Shown here piece after piece: positions 40,635 through 55,567 of a stretch of 64,000 bases of DNA. The translations under genes and the position numbers were made by a program. Positions within the stretch are counted from its first letter, which is position 1. Every line of letters starts with the position of its first letter. The notes below the pieces were generated by a model, which saw nothing but the letters and a program-made list of their open reading frames with translations, did not search any database and had not been told where the DNA came from. Origin of the DNA: Octopus vulgaris. Lineage: Eukaryota. The DNA lies in contig OX597828.1 of NCBI GenBank assembly GCA_951406725.2, positions 51,398,001 through 51,462,000 of the forward strand. The letters run 5' to 3'.

Positions 40635-40945
40635 AAACAGAAAGTATAGATACTGTGATAGCCTGGGCTTCAGAGGTCCACAGCTCTTCAATATCCTTCC
40701 GAAGGACATGAGAGACTTGCATGGGGTGGATGCAGATGTTTTAAAATAAAACTGGATCTCTTCCTGTCAGGTGTCCCAGATGAACCAACTTCACGGCAGG
40801 AGTTGCAGATGAGGGCAGCTGCATCAAACTCTCTCGTGCACCAAATGCCAATTGCTAAAAAGCATTCGTGAAGTAAAATCATGTAGCAACACCGAACGGC
40901 GGTGCCCCGGCATGGCCACAGCTCGTGAGCTGAAACTAGATAAAG
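40635..40945 (+). mobile_element. CR1-group LINE 3' end fragment
   Basis: SLGFRGPQLFNILPKDMRDL...KLDLFLSGVPDEP...RAAASNSL, typical of the ORF2 C-terminus of CR1-group LINEs. Confidence 0.7.
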
Positions 40946-40968
40946 TAAAAAATATAATAAAAAATACA

Positions 40969-41054
<86 letters not shown>

Positions 41055-41393
41055 CGTATGTGCGTGACACACACACACACATATAAATACACATGTATCC
41101 ATTATATATATATGTAAATTAACAAGGATTTTAAAAAAATATCCCCACCCAAATTAACAAAGAACTTACTAGATCTAAGAACTAAAGTGTAAAATTTATA
41201 TTATTAAGAAACTAAAAAAATTACAAGATAAACTGATTAGAATTACCAGTGAAATCATTGTTATTTTTTCTAATATACCTAACTATACCAAGAATCTCAA
41301 ATATTTTCCAATATATGTACACATATATATAGAAACATACATACATAATATATATATATTATACATACATACATTTATATATATATATATATG

Positions 41394-41484
<91 letters not shown>

Positions 41485-41676
41485 TTGCGGGTATTACCAA
41501 TGGGAAAAAGTAAGTCCTATCGTTAAAAGTGTGACACTGAACAGTACCAATTTGTCGATGACTGATGACGAATTACGAACTTTTTGGCTGCTTCCCGTTC
41601 ATTTCTACATTCACTATACGTTACGTCATTTGTTTATACATCGTCAATTTATATACATACGTACATTCATATATAT

Positions 41677-41731
<55 letters not shown>

Positions 41732-41812
41732 GAAAAAAAACACCTTTTATCAATTCAAAATGAATTCTTTTTCCTTGTAAGTTTGGATTTTATTCGCTAA
41801 AATATTGATTAT

Positions 41813-41866
<54 letters not shown>

Positions 41867-42417
41867 ATGTATATGTATATGTATATATATATATGTATAT
41901 TTATACGTATATATATATGATACCCTTTAGTGAGCATATACTGAAATGCGCAAAACAACTGGTACCACAATTTGTTCCTTTCCATTCTATCAATGTGCCA
42001 TTGGAAGACAAACAGAAGTTAGATTAAATAAGGAAACTCACCTCGTTAAAAAAATATAAAGCAAAGCCGAACCACTTGTAACATTCTATTCCTTCTAAAA
42101 TAAATTATGTTAAAGTAATCAAGCCTAGTCATTCACAACACTTTTGGTTATCTCCCTTATCCGGAAAAAATCCTTGATTAGCTTCCTCTGTCTGGAACTC
42201 CATATTTCACAACATAGCGAAGACATGACACGATATAGGTAAAGAAATTTGAGACAGTTGAAAAGAAAATACGAAACCGGTTATTTCTCCATAGAATATG
42301 TTACTATACGCAAAATTTAATAACATTTTTCTAAAATAACGATTTAAATATATTCATTAAACATATAACACAATACTTTTGCAGTTTTTTCACTCTTTTT
42401 TTGTATTTTATATATAC

Positions 42418-42476
<59 letters not shown>

Positions 42477-43851
42477 TATATGTATATATGTGTGTATATA
42501 TATACACATATTTATATATATACACACACATATATATGTATATATGTGTATATATATATATATACACACATATATTTCTTAATGAAATCAATTATCTACC
42601 ACTTTATATCCGCAATATCAAAATTATTTTCTACTCTAGGCACAAGGCTAGCAATTTTGTGGTAAGTGGCCAGTCGATTAGATTGACCCCAGTACACAAC
42701 TGGTACTTAATTTAGTCACGCCGATATAAATGTATATATGTTTGCATTCATAATTTAATACTTTTGCTTTAAAATAATTGAAAATTTACTTCAGATTCAC
42801 GGTATGCAAAAATATAGCAACTTTGTTTTGTTTTTTTTTCGAGAATAGGAAGAGATATTCGGTCAAGCAATATCCATGTGTGATCACGGTGTTTGGAATC
42901 GAACAACATATTTCTTGAAACCCATTTATATTATAGAGAAAAAGTAAGTGAATAAAGACACCACAACATCAGAAACGCTTCAAGGTATTCTTTTACTTCC
43001 ATGCGTATAGAATTTCGCATGTAAATATTTAGTTAATGTTTTAACCTCAAACCATCAATAAGAACTTTTTAGTATAGTAAACAGCAGAATGAATTGAGTA
43101 ATTACTCATTTCATTCATCGGGTTGTTTTTTCGCTCAAGCGTCGATATTATACTGTCCATTACTGACCTGCTAGCATTAAGCGACTGACAAATTACGTTA
43201 ACGAGATTATAGAGGGCTGTAAAAGGAAAATGGAATAGAAAACATTTATAACATCAAATTTTAGGAAGATTGCCTGGAAAGAATTCTGTTTCCTGTTGAA
43301 ATGTTTGGATTTCTGGCCTAACGATTGACCATTGTGAATTAGAGGAGTAAATATATATATATATAACTTACAAAATAGGGTCAAAAGAAAAATTCTATTG
43401 CCAAATATGCCGAAAAAAAGACAAAATTGTCAATAAGCATTATAATTTATGTGTCTCGAAACAAGCCGACAGAAATTTCTAAAAAAATCCGTTATTACCG
43501 TATTGGTCCCAATTTCGGGGTTAATTCATAAGAATTTTCCCCTTCGTTGGACGGGTTTTTGGAGTCCAATAACACCCTGCACGCCTATTTGATTATGAAG
43601 ATTTACAAACATACTTTCCCACTGATACTCATTTTACCTACCATTATAAATAATACCAAATGTTCTTTCTCAAACCTTTCACAATGTGATACACGTCTTT
43701 GGTGTAGCAATTGCATGCGGCTGAAGAGGGCTTTTAAAATATCTGTTAAGTCGATTATACATTGATGTAAGAATAAGTTGTTTTATAAAGCTCGAAACAT
43801 GTGTACCGCGACATCCTTTGTGTCCTGTTTTTTAATTTATTTCATTTGATT

Positions 43852-43897
<46 letters not shown>

Positions 43898-44125
43898 GAA
43901 GGTTGACAAGGAACACACGAGTTGATCCATATGGAAAATTGTGAAGGTAGAAAATGATAAAATAATTTTATAAAAAACATTTCAGAATTTTTCAACTGTA
44001 AGTATAGAAAATAATTAAATTTCAGAAAATTAGAAGAAATTTAAAAAAAAATAATATTTGTATAGTATTCAAATACAAGGGGAAGTTTCCTTCTTTCTGT
44101 CTTGTTTCTACCTTGACTTTTTTCC

Positions 44126-44194
<69 letters not shown>

Positions 44195-44255
44195 GTATAC
44201 ATGTATGTATGTATGCATGTGTGTATTTATGTATATGTATATATGTAAGTATATG

Positions 44256-44286
<31 letters not shown>

Positions 44287-44357
44287 GCATACATATACGT
44301 ATGTATATATGTGCGTGTGTGTGTGCATATATATGTACGTATATGTGTGTGTGTGAA

Positions 44358-44672
44358 GGGGCTTGGCTTAGTGACTAGAACATTCGGCTCACGATAGTAA
44401 AGTTGTGAGTTCAATTTCCGTCGAGGTGTTGTGACCTTGAGCAAGTTACTTCATTTTCAAGCCTCTCCAGTCCACTAAGTTGAAATGCAGTAGTACCTGT
44501 ATTCCAAAAGGCCAGCCTTATCCCACTCTGTGTCACGCTGAATCTCCCTGAGAACCACTTTAAGGGTACAGGTGTCTGTGGAGTACTCATTCACTTACAT
44601 GTTAATTTCATGAGCAATGTGTTCTGTTGATGGTGTCAACCGGGACCCACGTCGTCATAACCGACAGATGCT
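44358..44672 (+). mobile_element. Old SINE related to family A subtype 2
   Basis: Degenerate tRNA head plus CACTCTGTGTCACGCTGAATCTCCCTGAGAAC...CGTCATAACCGAC. Confidence 0.75.
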
Positions 44673-44675
44673 CCT

Positions 44676-44727
<52 letters not shown>

Positions 44728-44730
44728 CAG

Positions 44731-44825
<95 letters not shown>

Positions 44826-44983
44826 AGACAGATATAGAGGAGGAAGTGTGGTGTGGAGTGGGAGCGAAGGCAATGGGGGAAAAGACTATGCAAGTACAAG
44901 TTGAATTTTGTTTCATCTAGCAGCGTTTTTTTACCCGTTAATGTTTTTAAGATATCTCACTCAATTTTTGATATTGTGGATAA

Positions 44984-45169
44984 GGTGGTGAGCTGGGAGT
45001 TAGCACGCCGGGCGAAATGCTTAGCGGTATTTCGTCTGCCGTTACGTTCTGAGTCGCCGAAGTCGACTTTGCCTTTCATCCTTTCGGCGTCAATAAATTA
45101 AGTACTAGTTGTGTACTGGGGTCCATCTAATCGACTGGCCCCCTCCCACAAAATGTCTGGCATTGTGCC
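44984..45169 (+). mobile_element. SINE family B
   Basis: Family B core; TSD TGATATTGTGGATA at 44969 and 45170. Confidence 0.85.
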
Positions 45170-45844
45170 TGATATTGTGGATATAAGGTGGCAGATAATT
45201 GATTTCATTAAGAAATACTTATGTATTTACCTAGGAATTATAAATTACCTGTTACAACAGGGAATACATTCAGAGGCATCGATTTGAGGTTGAGAATAAA
45301 CCGGCTTATGTATGCTAATCCCTTTAGAAAACGGTGGTTGGTGAAGTTTTCCCGATTCACGACTGTATTTCCGAGGATATAAGACAGGTACTTCAGGCGT
45401 TCACGACAGTTTGTTTGACTACAGAAGCGAAATAAAAGAAAGAATCTTGAGTATGGGTATTACCCGTACGACTACGGTTTAAGTGACCCTCTTGCGTAAA
45501 GGAATAGCGGATGAAAGGCTCCTGCAGTTTCCAGCTGCAGTTCAATTGCTGGTGAGTTTGCAGGAATGAGAAGTTCGATAACTTTTGTTCCACCTTGTTT
45601 TGGCATCATTTTTGTGTTTGAATTTAAACAGCGCAGTAACACTATATAATCAGAATGAAGAGATGAATCCCAGTTCAAATGTGCAGACCATTTCGTAGTC
45701 TCTAGTCAACATATATAAAAATCAAGGATGTGTATAACATTTGTAATGTAAAACAAAGCCAGCTATATTTTGTCTCTGATAATTTGTTTCTTAGGAGACT
45801 TTGTGCGTTAAAACCGTTCTGCTTGCTCAGAACGAGGTCAATAA

Positions 45845-45893
45845 ATTGTCAGATACCGATGTTTCGTCTTAATTTGGACTCATCAGGGACAAT
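45845..45893 (-). ncRNA. Minimal type I HHR candidate
   Basis: Minus strand ATTGTC-C-CTGATGA-GTC-CAAATTAA-GAC-GAAAC-ATCG-GTA-TCT-GACAAT: canonical core, G-C-closed stem II, 2-bp stem III, GUA, and a 6-bp stem I offset by a small internal loop. Confidence 0.6.
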
Positions 45894-48800
45894 CACCTGA
45901 TATTCTGAACAAAGTCGAATCTTTCCTTCCAATATAGGAAGTAGAAAGAGAAAAACGAAAACAAAACAAAACGATTACTGTGAAAAGTGGCCGAGGCTAA
46001 AGTTTAATCAATATATCCACTTGAAGCGGCATTACATCAGAATAACGATGTCTTTAAACATCGTTATCCTGATTTAATTCTGTGTTTAGAGACGTAGAAA
46101 GACACTTGCTGTTATGCTTTACCTCTAACGAACTTTTCTTAAGAGGTCTCGGAGATTGTCGTCAGCAGGAGCTCTCCTGTGATATAAAGATTTTTTTATA
46201 TTTTTTCACTAAATAGTTATTTTAGTTTTGTATAATTAATCTATGCTTTGCATGCAACATGAACGTGATAACTATCAGATCATTCTATAAAACATCGTTG
46301 TATATTCTACTTCCAAGTAATTCCATTCTTTATTATTATTCCAATGTACTCCCCTACTCTCCTATCACTAGCAATGCCAATGCTACTGATAATAGTATTA
46401 AAGCAGACCTGTCTAAATCATTACGAATATAAAGTACCTAATAACAATGATAAACCTCATGACATATAGATTTAGACAAGAGAGTTTTTAATGTCTCATT
46501 TTCAATGCTGTTTTTAAGTGCAACCCCACGTCATAGCTGAATTCGTCGTACCATTGATATATAGTTATGAAGTCATTCATGTAAAAAGTTTGTTTTTTTC
46601 TTTTCTGAGTTTATGGAAATTGTTTTGAAGTCAGTTATTTTTCTTATTTGTTTCGGAAGAAGGAGATGATAAAGTAATAAAATGAGAAAGATTAAGACAA
46701 AATTGAAGATAAAGCTGTAAAGAAAATGTTTAATTGTTCACCATAAAATGCAAATTAAGTTGATTAGACGTTCGTACAAATTATATGAGAATTGTGATAA
46801 TAAGGTGAAGGATGATATAGGTGAAAGGTTTGGTATAGTTTTCGTATCATTGTCCACATATAACCATCAATCTGATTACATTAGCGAAGAAGAAGCGCTA
46901 CTATAAGTCTTATGATGGACAAAATGATTACATCAGTGGAAAGTTTGAGAAGTTGAAGGAGATTAGAATAGACACAAATATATTTACAGTATGTGATAAA
47001 ATGGGGAATAACTTGTGAAGTTAGAATATCCATCAACTTAAAGCTAAGAAAATGTCTTATGTATGAAAACAGAAGAGCCTGTAGTAATTAAGACATTAAT
47101 CAACGTCATAGATTATTAACTCGGGACAATCCGTTAATTTAAGCCATTAATGCTTTTGAGAAAACGAAACGCTATAGACCGTGCCTCTTCGCATACTACA
47201 AGTACCAGGACTATGAAAATATAATTTGTATTTCTTAGTAGTACGAGTAAGCAAAATGTGAGGCAAAATATTTTGTAGAACTACAACGACAATTAAACAC
47301 CAGTGAAGCATCGTCATGGCAACAAATGACCAGAGAAAGAGAACGAGAGAGGTAGAGAAAGAGAGAAAGAGAAAGTACATGTTTAAAATCTGTTTTTCGT
47401 GATTTAAAATTTCTCCCAAATTACTTTCCTTGTATGAAAAGCAGACATATTCAAAATGCATGCACTCCCCATTGTTTTTCAATCCGTTCCTCTTCACTCT
47501 CTCTTCCATTCTCTTCTTATTTCTTTGTGTATTAAGATGTCAAAGTTGACGAATGTCTTCAAAGTTTTATGTCAAGACTTCTCAAAGTCATATGGCGTGA
47601 ATTTCCCGTATATTTCCTCTCTAGTAGTCATGGTTCTTTGTAGTAAAATATATAATGCTTCCTTTAATAACCCTTCAGAACAACGAAAGAAAATTGTTTT
47701 GATGTCGAATTATAAACAACGAAGTCACTTTGAAATAATCAGCTTCAATTTCACATGTACACACCCACTAACACACACCAACATAAAATAGACAGATACA
47801 CATGCCAGCACATTCACACACATATATATATGAAAAGAACTGATATGAATACATACACAAGCACATACATAAAAAAAAAACGCCTGATATAATTCTAAGC
47901 AATTCATTTCCTTTGTTTTCGTATCATTATAGACAATACACAAATACATTAGTTCTATTTTTTCACTACGTCGAACTATCTATTACAAAGATGTTCTAAA
48001 AAGCTTTTCCGTTGAAAATTGCATCTATTTTTTTATTGAAGATATACAAACATCAATGAGTTCTTACTTCACCATTTGGAAACTATTTTGATCCTACAGC
48101 CGACATACATCTATATAATTTTAACTTATTTCGTTCTACAAAATCTGTGTAAGGTTCTAGAATTTTAGTATTATACTACGAATTTTGACATTAATTTATG
48201 ACGACAAAGGCGTTTCTAGATTTTATCATCAGGTATATATTTCCCTATAAATTGATACTCTGTATACAATAAGGAATTGTTTCTGAAATTTAAACATTTA
48301 TGCAGTCGTTTAACTCATAAAAGGTTGGCAAATAATTGTTTCGTTCTAAGACAATTTACTGAAGTATTAAACTATATTGATTTCATTTAAAGAAAAAACA
48401 GGTGAAAATGACACGAATTCAAATTAAGATTTTTATGTATTCGAAAGTAAATAATTATAGCTCTTGCTAATGTTTCTTTCATATTCGTATTTGTGATGAA
48501 TAATTTTTCAAGTCAACATAAATAGCCAACGTATGAAACACGAGCTTTTCAAAAGCAAGAAAATCATATTCTTTATTATTTTCATACGAGCACTTCACAA
48601 CATATGAAACCCTCAATCTAAATGCTGGTTGCCACGTGGCCATCAGTATAATACTTTTCTTCTTCACCTATTAATTTTTAATTGAATATTAACAAGAGCA
48701 ATGCACTTCGTTATTCACTATCTTAATTGGTTCCATTGATATATTTCCTGCAGTCAAATCAAACTAAACATCGTTCAGTTATAATATTTTTATTATTAAT

Positions 48801-49222
48801 TATATGTTGGCTTCCAGCATTTAAAAATTATGATGAATATAATACGAAGATTATCTATTGATTGAATAAAAAGAAAGGTGCTGCGTCATTATATGCTATG
48901 TGTACATTGGGCTATGGTTAAGCTTGTCATATATTAATACGGTAAAAAGAAACGGTAAAAAGAAACGTGAGTCATGTGAGAGATTTACTATGAAAGTAAT
49001 AGAATGCTATTAGGCGAAAAATAAACTGAAACACACGTATTTCTTATAAGTGTGGTGAATATTTTTTGCAAGGAATTCTCATAGAAACTACTTGTGAATA
49101 GAACAAAACAAAATGCCAAGATTATGCTGACTTTGGATTGTCTATTAAAAACTTATGGTAAAGATGCTTGCTTAGAGACCAACCAAACCTAAACGTGCAC
49201 AGATAAAACCAAAGGCTACGTG

Positions 49223-49223
49223 C

Positions 49224-49261
<38 letters not shown>

Positions 49262-49262
49262 G

Positions 49263-49313
<51 letters not shown>

Positions 49314-49322
49314 TTATCTATG

Positions 49323-49387
<65 letters not shown>

Positions 49388-49400
49388 ATCTATATATCTG

Positions 49401-49483
<83 letters not shown>

Positions 49484-49595
49484 GTCTGTCTGTCTGTCTG
49501 CCTGCTTGTCTATCTGTCTGTATGTATGTATGTATGTCTGCCTGTTTGTCTGCCTGACTGTCTGTATGTATGTATATATGTATGTATGTGTGTGT
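49223..49595. repeat. (ATCT)n grading into (GTCT)n/(GTAT)n
   Basis: Direct inspection. Confidence 0.95.
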
Positions 49596-49822
49596 ATGAC
49601 CGAAAAGACTTTGCGTTTTCAACTCTTGTATTATTTAGTAGTAGCGGTAAAAAGAGTACAGTTTGCTGAGCGATAGGAAAACATCCAGCTTTTCCTACAT
49701 GATGGGAGTTAATGAAAAAGATCGACATGACGGAAACTAATGAGAAACAGCATAGTTTTTCATCCTACATTGTAATATATGCAAAACTTAAAGCGGCAAA
49801 CTGGCAGAAGCTTCACTGCTCC

Positions 49823-50237
49823 GGCGGCGAGCTGGCAGAAACGTTAGCACACCGGGCGAAATGCGTAGCCGTATTTCGTCTGCCGCTACGTTCTGATTTC
49901 AAATTCCGCCGAGGTCGACTTTGCCTTTCATCCTTTCGGGGTCAATAAATTAAGTACCAGCTACGCACTGGGTCGATGTAATCGACTTAATACCTATGTC
50001 TGTCCTTGTTTGTCCCCTCTGTGTTTAGCTCCTTCTGGGTAGTAAAGAAACAGGTATTTCGTCTGCCGCTACGTTCTGATTTCAAATTACGCCGAGGTCG
50101 ACTTTGCCTTTCATCCTTTCGGGGTCGATAAATTAAGTACCAGTTATGCATTGGGGTTGATGTAATCGACTTAATGCCTTTGTCTATCCTTGTTTGTCCC
50201 CTCTGCGTTTAGCCCCTTGTGGGCAATAAAGAAATAA
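49823..50237 (+). mobile_element. SINE family B with internal tandem duplication of the body
   Basis: 49871-50053 is repeated at 50054-50237. Imperfect TSD GAAGCTTCACTGCTCCGG / GAAGTCTCACTCTTCCGG. Confidence 0.85.
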
Positions 50238-50636
50238 GAAGTCTCACTCTTCCGGGCAAAATGCTTAGCAGCATCTCATCTGTCTTGATGCTCTGAGTTC
50301 AAATTCGACTTTACTTTTTTTCATTTCGTAGTCGATAAAATAAGTACCATTGTAGTACTAGGACCGATATAATCAGCCAGCTTAACTGCTCCCCTGACAT
50401 TACTGGTCTCGTGCCAAAATTTGATATTCGTTTAGGTAAGTAAATCTTGTGATATTCTTAGTAGCATACTAGAACGTATGAGTGGTGTATCATATTCAAA
50501 CTCGGTGTCACGTCACGAAGATATACACATGTATAGAAAGAGAGAGAGAAAGAAACGTAGGAAAGTGGGAACTAGAAAGTATGTGAGAAATAGGAAGAAA
50601 GCAGAAATACGGAAACGCATTAAATTTCTTTTTTTT

Positions 50637-51030
50637 TTACTTGTTTCAGTCATTTGACTGCGGCCATGCTGGAGCACCGCCTTTAGTCGAGTAAATCGAC
50701 CCCATGACTTATTCTTTGTAAGCCGAGTACTTATTCTGTCGGTCACTTTTGCCGAATCGCTAGGTTATGGGGACGTAAACACACCAGCATCGGTTGTCAA
50801 GCGATGTTGGGGGGGGGGAACACAGACACACAAACACACACACAAATATATATATACATATATATATATATATACGACGGGCTTCTTTCAGTTTCTGTCT
50901 AATAAATCCACTCACAGGGCTTTAGTTGGCCCGAGGCTGTAGTAGAAGACACTTGCCCAAGGTGTCACGCAGTGGGACTGAACCCGGAACCATGTTGTTG
51001 GTATGCCAGCTAATTACCACACAGCCACTC
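50637..51030 (-). mobile_element. Full-length SINE family C
   Basis: High similarity to 19075-19486. Confidence 0.9.
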
Positions 51031-51506
51031 GTTTCATCGTAATGATGAAAAGTAAAGTCGATCTCAGCGCAATTTGAAATATAGTTGTAAATAATGAAAG
51101 CAAATGAAAGTTATGGTGGAGTTTTGTCTGTACGGACTTAAATTGTAAATAATGAGAACACATTTCTATATTTTAAATTTTTTTATCGTAAATAATGAAA
51201 ATAAATTGACTTTATTGTAGGATTTTTATCTGTGGATAGTTTGCTTTTGTGTGCGTGACATTATTGTCTTTCTATCTTTTGGCTTTCCGGTTCGCCTGGT
51301 TATTTGTCTGAATGTTGCCGTCTTCTTATTATTGAAGTCTGTTGGTGTTGCTTCTGTTCTCATTACTGAACACCCATGCGTAGTTTTCTACGGGAGATCT
51401 CATCACACGCATACATGCGCATTCGCGCATACACACATGTACACATACACAAACACATACACACACACACACACTCACGCGCACACACGCAAACATATAT
51501 ATATAT

Positions 51507-51691
51507 CACGTGAGCACGTGACCGACCAGACCATCAGATGTAGTTACACATCGCTGGTCACAATGCGTTCGCATTGTTTTAGCCTTCGAATGACGCCACC
51601 CCGCTGGCTAAGCGAGCAGGCCGACAGAAGAAAGAGTGGGAGAAAGTTGTGGTGAAAGAGTACAGCAGGGATCACTCCCCCTGCCGGAGCC
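51507..51691 (-). mobile_element. SINE family A subtype 1, 3' half
   Basis: Matches 36655-36845. Confidence 0.8.
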
Positions 51692-51717
51692 TTTTCTTAT
51701 ATATATTATTATATATT

Positions 51718-51777
<60 letters not shown>

Positions 51778-51825
51778 TTATATATTGAATTCAATTCGTC
51801 CCTAGTCGAAAAACGCCTGTTGTTA

Positions 51826-52056
51826 GGCGGTGAGCTGGCTGAAAAGTTACCACGCCGGGAGAAATGCTTAGCAGTATTTCGTCTGCCGCTACGTTCTGAG
51901 TTCAAATTCCGCCGAGGTCGACTTTGCCTTTCATCCTTTCGGGGTCGATAAATTAAGTACCAGTGAAACACTGGTGTAGATATAATTGACTTAATCCCTT
52001 TGTCTCTCCTTGTTTGCCCCCTCTGTGTTTAGCCCCTTGTGAGTAGTAAAGAAATA
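51826..52056 (+). mobile_element. SINE family B
   Basis: Full family B match, ending AAAGAAATA. Confidence 0.9.
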
Positions 52057-52181
52057 TAATTATTATTATTTTTATTATTGTTGTTGTTGTTGTTGTTGTT
52101 GTTGTTCTTCTTCTTCTTCTTCTTCTTCTTCTTCTTCTTCTTCTTCTTCTTCTTCTTCTTCTTCTTCTTCTTCTTCTTCTT

Positions 52182-52256
<75 letters not shown>

Positions 52257-52272
52257 GTTATTATTATTATTA
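52057..52272. repeat. Compound microsatellite (TTA)n-(TTG)n-(TTC)n-(TTA)n
   Basis: In-phase switch of the third base, directly 3' of a SINE tail. Confidence 0.95.
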
Positions 52273-52355
52273 ATGTATTATTATTGTATTTTTGTATTTA
52301 TATTCGTGTAACATCGCCTGTAGAATGTAACTATCTTGATAATATGCACATGGAA

Positions 52356-52586
52356 GGCGGCGAGCTGGCAGAATCGTTAGCTCGCCAGGCGAAATGCTTA
52401 GCAATATTTCTTCGGCCAATACGTTCTGAGTTCAAATTCCGCTGAGGTCGACTTTGCCTTTCATCCTTTCGGGGTCGATTAAATAATTACCAGTTGCGCA
52501 ATAGGGTCCATGTAATTGACTTAATCCGTTTGTTTGTCCTTGCTTGTCCCCTCTGTGTTTGACCCCTTGTGGGCATTAAAGAAATA
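52356..52586 (+). mobile_element. SINE family B
   Basis: 15-bp TSD AATATGCACATGGAA at 52341 and 52587. Confidence 0.92.
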
Positions 52587-52794
52587 AATATGCACATGGA
52601 ATGTTGTATCATTAATCATATGAAACCCCAGGTGACACACCAGTTTTAATTTTAGGATTGCACTACCCCCTGATCCTATGTATTCCGATTGTAGTCTGTT
52701 TTGTGGCCGATAGTGGTGTGCTTGAAAATGAGCATGTTATTTTCATCAACACTTTTGTATGTATATCGTGTTTGTGTGTGTCTGTTTGTTTGTT

Positions 52795-52888
<94 letters not shown>

Positions 52889-54005
52889 AGATTAAAATCA
52901 GATTGAATCTTGCTTGCAATGTTACTCAGCCAAACTGGCGCTTAATAGGGAAAATAGCATGAATTAATTTTACATTGAAATGTTAATACGAACAGAATGT
53001 ACCAAGTTTCACGTAAATCGGTAAAGTGCTTTCGAGATTATAGAGGTTCTTGGGGCGTAAATGTCTAAAACGGTGCATAATGGAAAAATCTTCCGAATGG
53101 AATCTTCATCATGAAAGGGAAGAAATTATTTTCTTTCTATCAGACACAGTGGGGTAACAACGAAAAAATACGAGTTGTTTTTACAGTAAATGTTTCTGTC
53201 TTTCGCTTTTATTAAATACAATATTTTAATCTTTTAGAAATATTTTAAGTGAATGTGATATCAAAAATGTAATTTGGTTGTACAGTAAGTATTTACATTT
53301 TAGCTTTTTTAAGCAGAAAATATTTCAATGTTTTTTCTATAAATTATTTTCAAGTGAATATCATTGTAAAATATTTTTCGCATATTTAAAAAATATTCCA
53401 AAGCGAAAATACTATAAAAATACGGTAAATATTTCGTAAAAGACCCCTTTGTAACCTCAGTGTGAAATAGTTTTTTACATAGGGTTTTATCGAGTGCATT
53501 CAACGTATTTTAACTCCAAAATTTGGCTGGTATTTCTAACGCGCCCTGCTACCTCGTAACAGTATCTGTTAACTGATAAAAGGGCGTGCAAGCAATAGCA
53601 GCCAAATCGTTCTTTTCCTAGGAAAAGAACCGATGTCACATTCATTCAAAGCATGCGGAATAACCTGGAAAAGGAAAAATAACCTCACGAAACAAAAATC
53701 CGTTGCTGGTAAACTCAGAGTTTCCGGTGGCACAACGGGTCAGGGGTATACTGTTCTATATCTTTAATAACCTAAGAGATTAGTGAGTCAAACTCATACA
53801 AACTCATGCCAGTGTACTCACTAATCACGGAGTCTAATTTAAATTTCGAATCTATATTTCAAAGAATTGGACTTGCTAGACATATTTCCTTAACTGCCAT
53901 TGCGCCCATGATATTAAGGCAGCAAAACGTCTCATTGTTGAACAGTATATTTTAAAACAAATAACTGAGTCAATTCTTGTCTTGTCGTGCTAATACATTT
54001 TGCTT

Positions 54006-54387
54006 GGAGGCGCAATGGCCCAGTGGTTAGGGCAGCGGACTCGCGATCGTAGGATCGCGGTTTCGATTCCCAGACCGGGCGTTGTGAGTGTTTATTGAGC
54101 GAAAACACCTAAAGCTCCACGAGGTTCCGGCAGTGATGGTGGTGATCCCTGCTGTACTCTTTCGCCACAACTTTCTTTCACTCTTACTTCCTGTTTCTGT
54201 TGTACCTGTATTTCAAAGGGCCGGCCTTGTCACTCTCTGTGTCACGCTGAATATCCCCGAGAACTACGTTAAGGGTACACGTATCTGTGGAGTGCTCAGC
54301 CACTTACACGTTAATTTCACGAGCAGGCTGTTCCGTTGATCGGATCAACCGGAACCCTCGTCGTCGTAACCGACGGAGTGCTTCCAC
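54006..54387 (+). mobile_element. SINE family A, subtype 2
   Basis: TSD AATACATTTTGC at 53992 and 54388; highly similar to 25327-25710. Confidence 0.92.
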
Positions 54388-54964
54388 AATACATTTTGCA
54401 TCCAGTCGACAATCTTAGATCTATGGTTCATTACTGAGCCGGCAAATTTAATTTTTACAATGTGCTTATTTTTTTATCTATTTATCTCCCATTAAATCTG
54501 CTCATAATGCTTATATGTACGTTTCTTACTGGTTTCTTCATTGCTGTTAACTGCTCTCTGCCTGAATCACATATCACTATTGATCTTGCTGTTTCATGTA
54601 ATCCATTCATCACCTTTTCTTTTCTCTATCAGCATATCACGTGTTTGAACGAACATTCTTGCTTCCAAGTTTAGGTCACCGCATTATTTTAACTGATTTA
54701 ATACCAATTCATCTTCTATGTTCAAGTATTATCTGTAGCTAAGTTTCTTGTTGATCATCTGCAACGTACATTATGAGATCTTTCAGACAAAGTATGGTTG
54801 ATTTTCCTACAATCGTATCTTCTATAATATTATTGAATCTTGTTTTATTGCTTTTATGTCAAAGATCTTGGGTTGGAAAGAAGGAACCGCATTAAAATAT
54901 TCTTAGTGTATTCCTCTTAAATTAGATATACAAGAAATCTATATAATTTTTTTTTTGGGGGGGG

Positions 54965-55567
<603 letters not shown>

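Noticed and set aside
41562-41585. CTGATGA motif
   Set aside because: No GAAA/stem III arrangement downstream.
53606-53634. Short palindrome TCGTTCTTTTCCTAGGAAAAGAACCGA
   Set aside because: Isolated and short, with no associated structure or second copy.
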